A stretch of DNA of 64,000 bases from Octopus vulgaris (taxonomy: Eukaryota). The stretch is taken from contig OX597838.1 in the NCBI GenBank assembly GCA_951406725.2, forward strand, positions 31,744,001-31,808,000. The letters run 5' to 3'. Both the position numbers and the translations under genes were made by a program. The notes under the pieces were generated by a model that made no database searches, had not been told where the DNA came from, and saw only the letters and a list, made by a program, of their open reading frames with translations. Of the stretch, positions 62,600 to 64,000 are shown piece after piece (position 1 is the first letter of the stretch; every line of letters begins with the position of its first letter).

Positions 62600-64000
62600 T
62601 CCTCTTTCCAGCTCTTTACATTCTGAGTTCAAAACCTACTGAGATTAACTTTACCTTTCATTCCTCTGGGATCGACTAAATAAAGTACTGAAGTTGATGG
62701 CATTGGTGAAATTTCTCCTTCAAGATTTCTGGCCTTGTGCCTCCATCAGAAATCAAGGGCCATGAGATGGCACAATTGCTAAAACCTTGGACAAAATGCT
62801 TTGTTGTATTTCCTTAAGCTCTTTATGTTCTCAGTTCAACTTTGCTCTTCATCTTTCCAAGGTTGATAAAATAAAGTACCAGTTAAGTACCACTCCCCTC
62901 TGAGTTACTGACCTTGTACCTGAATTAGAAATCATTGTCATTATCATTAATTAATTAATTAAGGTGGGGGAACTGGCAGAATTGTTGGCATGCTGGATGA
63001 AATGCTTAGCAGTATTTTGTCCATCTTTACATCTGAGCCCAAATTCCACCGAGGTTGATTTTTGCCTTTCATCCTTTCAGAGTTGAAAAATTTAAGTACC
63101 AGTCAAGCACTGGAGTTGATGTAATCAACTAGCCCCACCCTCAGATTTCAGTCCTCGTGCATATAGCAGAAAGGATTGTATTATTATTAATTGTTAGTGT
63201 ACTGGACAGAATGTTTTGCAGTATTTGTTCCAGCTGTTTGTGCTCTGAGTTCAAATCCTACCAAGGCCAATTTTTCCTTTCATTCTTTTGATAAAGTCCC
63301 TGCCATGTACTGGGATTATTAACATAATTGATTAAACCTCTTCCTTCAAGTTTCTGGCTTTGCACCGAATTTAGAAACAGTGAAGGGCAATGAGAAATGA
63401 AAGGCCTATTAGAGCACTGAAGTAAATGCTTTGCAGTACTTTTTCCAACTCCTTACATTTTGAGTTCAAATCACACTAAAGTCATCTTCATTTTCTTGGA
63501 GTTGATAAAATAAACTACCAGTCACGAAATGGGGTTGAAGTAATTGACTGGTCCTTGCCACCTAAAACTGCTAGCTTTATACCAAAATTTGAAATAATTA
63601 TGAAAGGTAGTTAGCTAGCAGAATTATCAGAGCATCAGAAAAGAAAAAAAAAAAAAAAGAAAATGATTTGTGATAATTCTTCTGATTCATTAAATTCTAG
63701 GTTAGAGTTTCTTCAGGACCAACTTTGGCTTTCAACTCCAGAGAGTTGCTGGCTTTATGCCAAAAATTGAAACTATTATTATTATTATTTTGCTGAGGTT
63801 GACCTTGCCTGAAATAAGTAAAAACTGATTACTGGGGGTTGATGTAATTAACTAATTCCTTCCCTTCAAAAATTTCAGGCATTGTGCCTATAGTAATATT
63901 TGACCCTGCCTTTCATCCTTTCAGTGTCAATAAAACTAAGTACCAGTAAAACACTGGGGTCAATATAATCGACTAGTCTCCTCTCCCAAATTTTAGGCCT
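62600..64000 (+). mobile_element. Head-to-tail chain of about eight diverged family A SINEs, running off the window
   Basis: Repeated ttctgagttcaaat...cctttcatcc..gataaa..aagtaccag..ggccttgtgcc units, all on +. Confidence 0.85.

Overview
AT-rich, microsatellite-laden animal genomic DNA, either intronic or intergenic. The repeat families (tRNA-headed SINEs, (CAT)n-tailed RTE-type elements, abundant (CA)/(TA)/(CT)/(CAT)/(AAT) tracts) match what I recall of Octopus genomes; this assignment is recognition, not a database result. No intact host protein-coding gene is supportable. Nearly all ORFs in the track are translations of simple repeats or SINEs. The window is a TE graveyard: about five SINE-like families, decayed RTE/RTE-X/CR1-like LINE pieces, a HERO-clade (restriction-like endonuclease) LINE 3' end, a pogo deletion derivative, two Helitrons, piggyBac-type, Merlin-like and hAT-like MITEs, and several minisatellites. 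The most notable signal is a fold-back retroelement (28.4 kb and 43.2-43.8 kb) with long TSDs. It carries a minimal type-I hammerhead ribozyme with a compensatory G3-C8 core (GUGAACA instead of CUGANGA), consistent with Penelope-like pseudo-LTRs. A second hammerhead-like motif lies at 33.35 kb. Also notable: reciprocal nesting of this element with piggyBac MITEs, a 1-kb inverted duplication with telomere-like 18-mers, a minisatellite born inside a SINE, head-to-tail SINE chains and a candidate 24-nt microexon.
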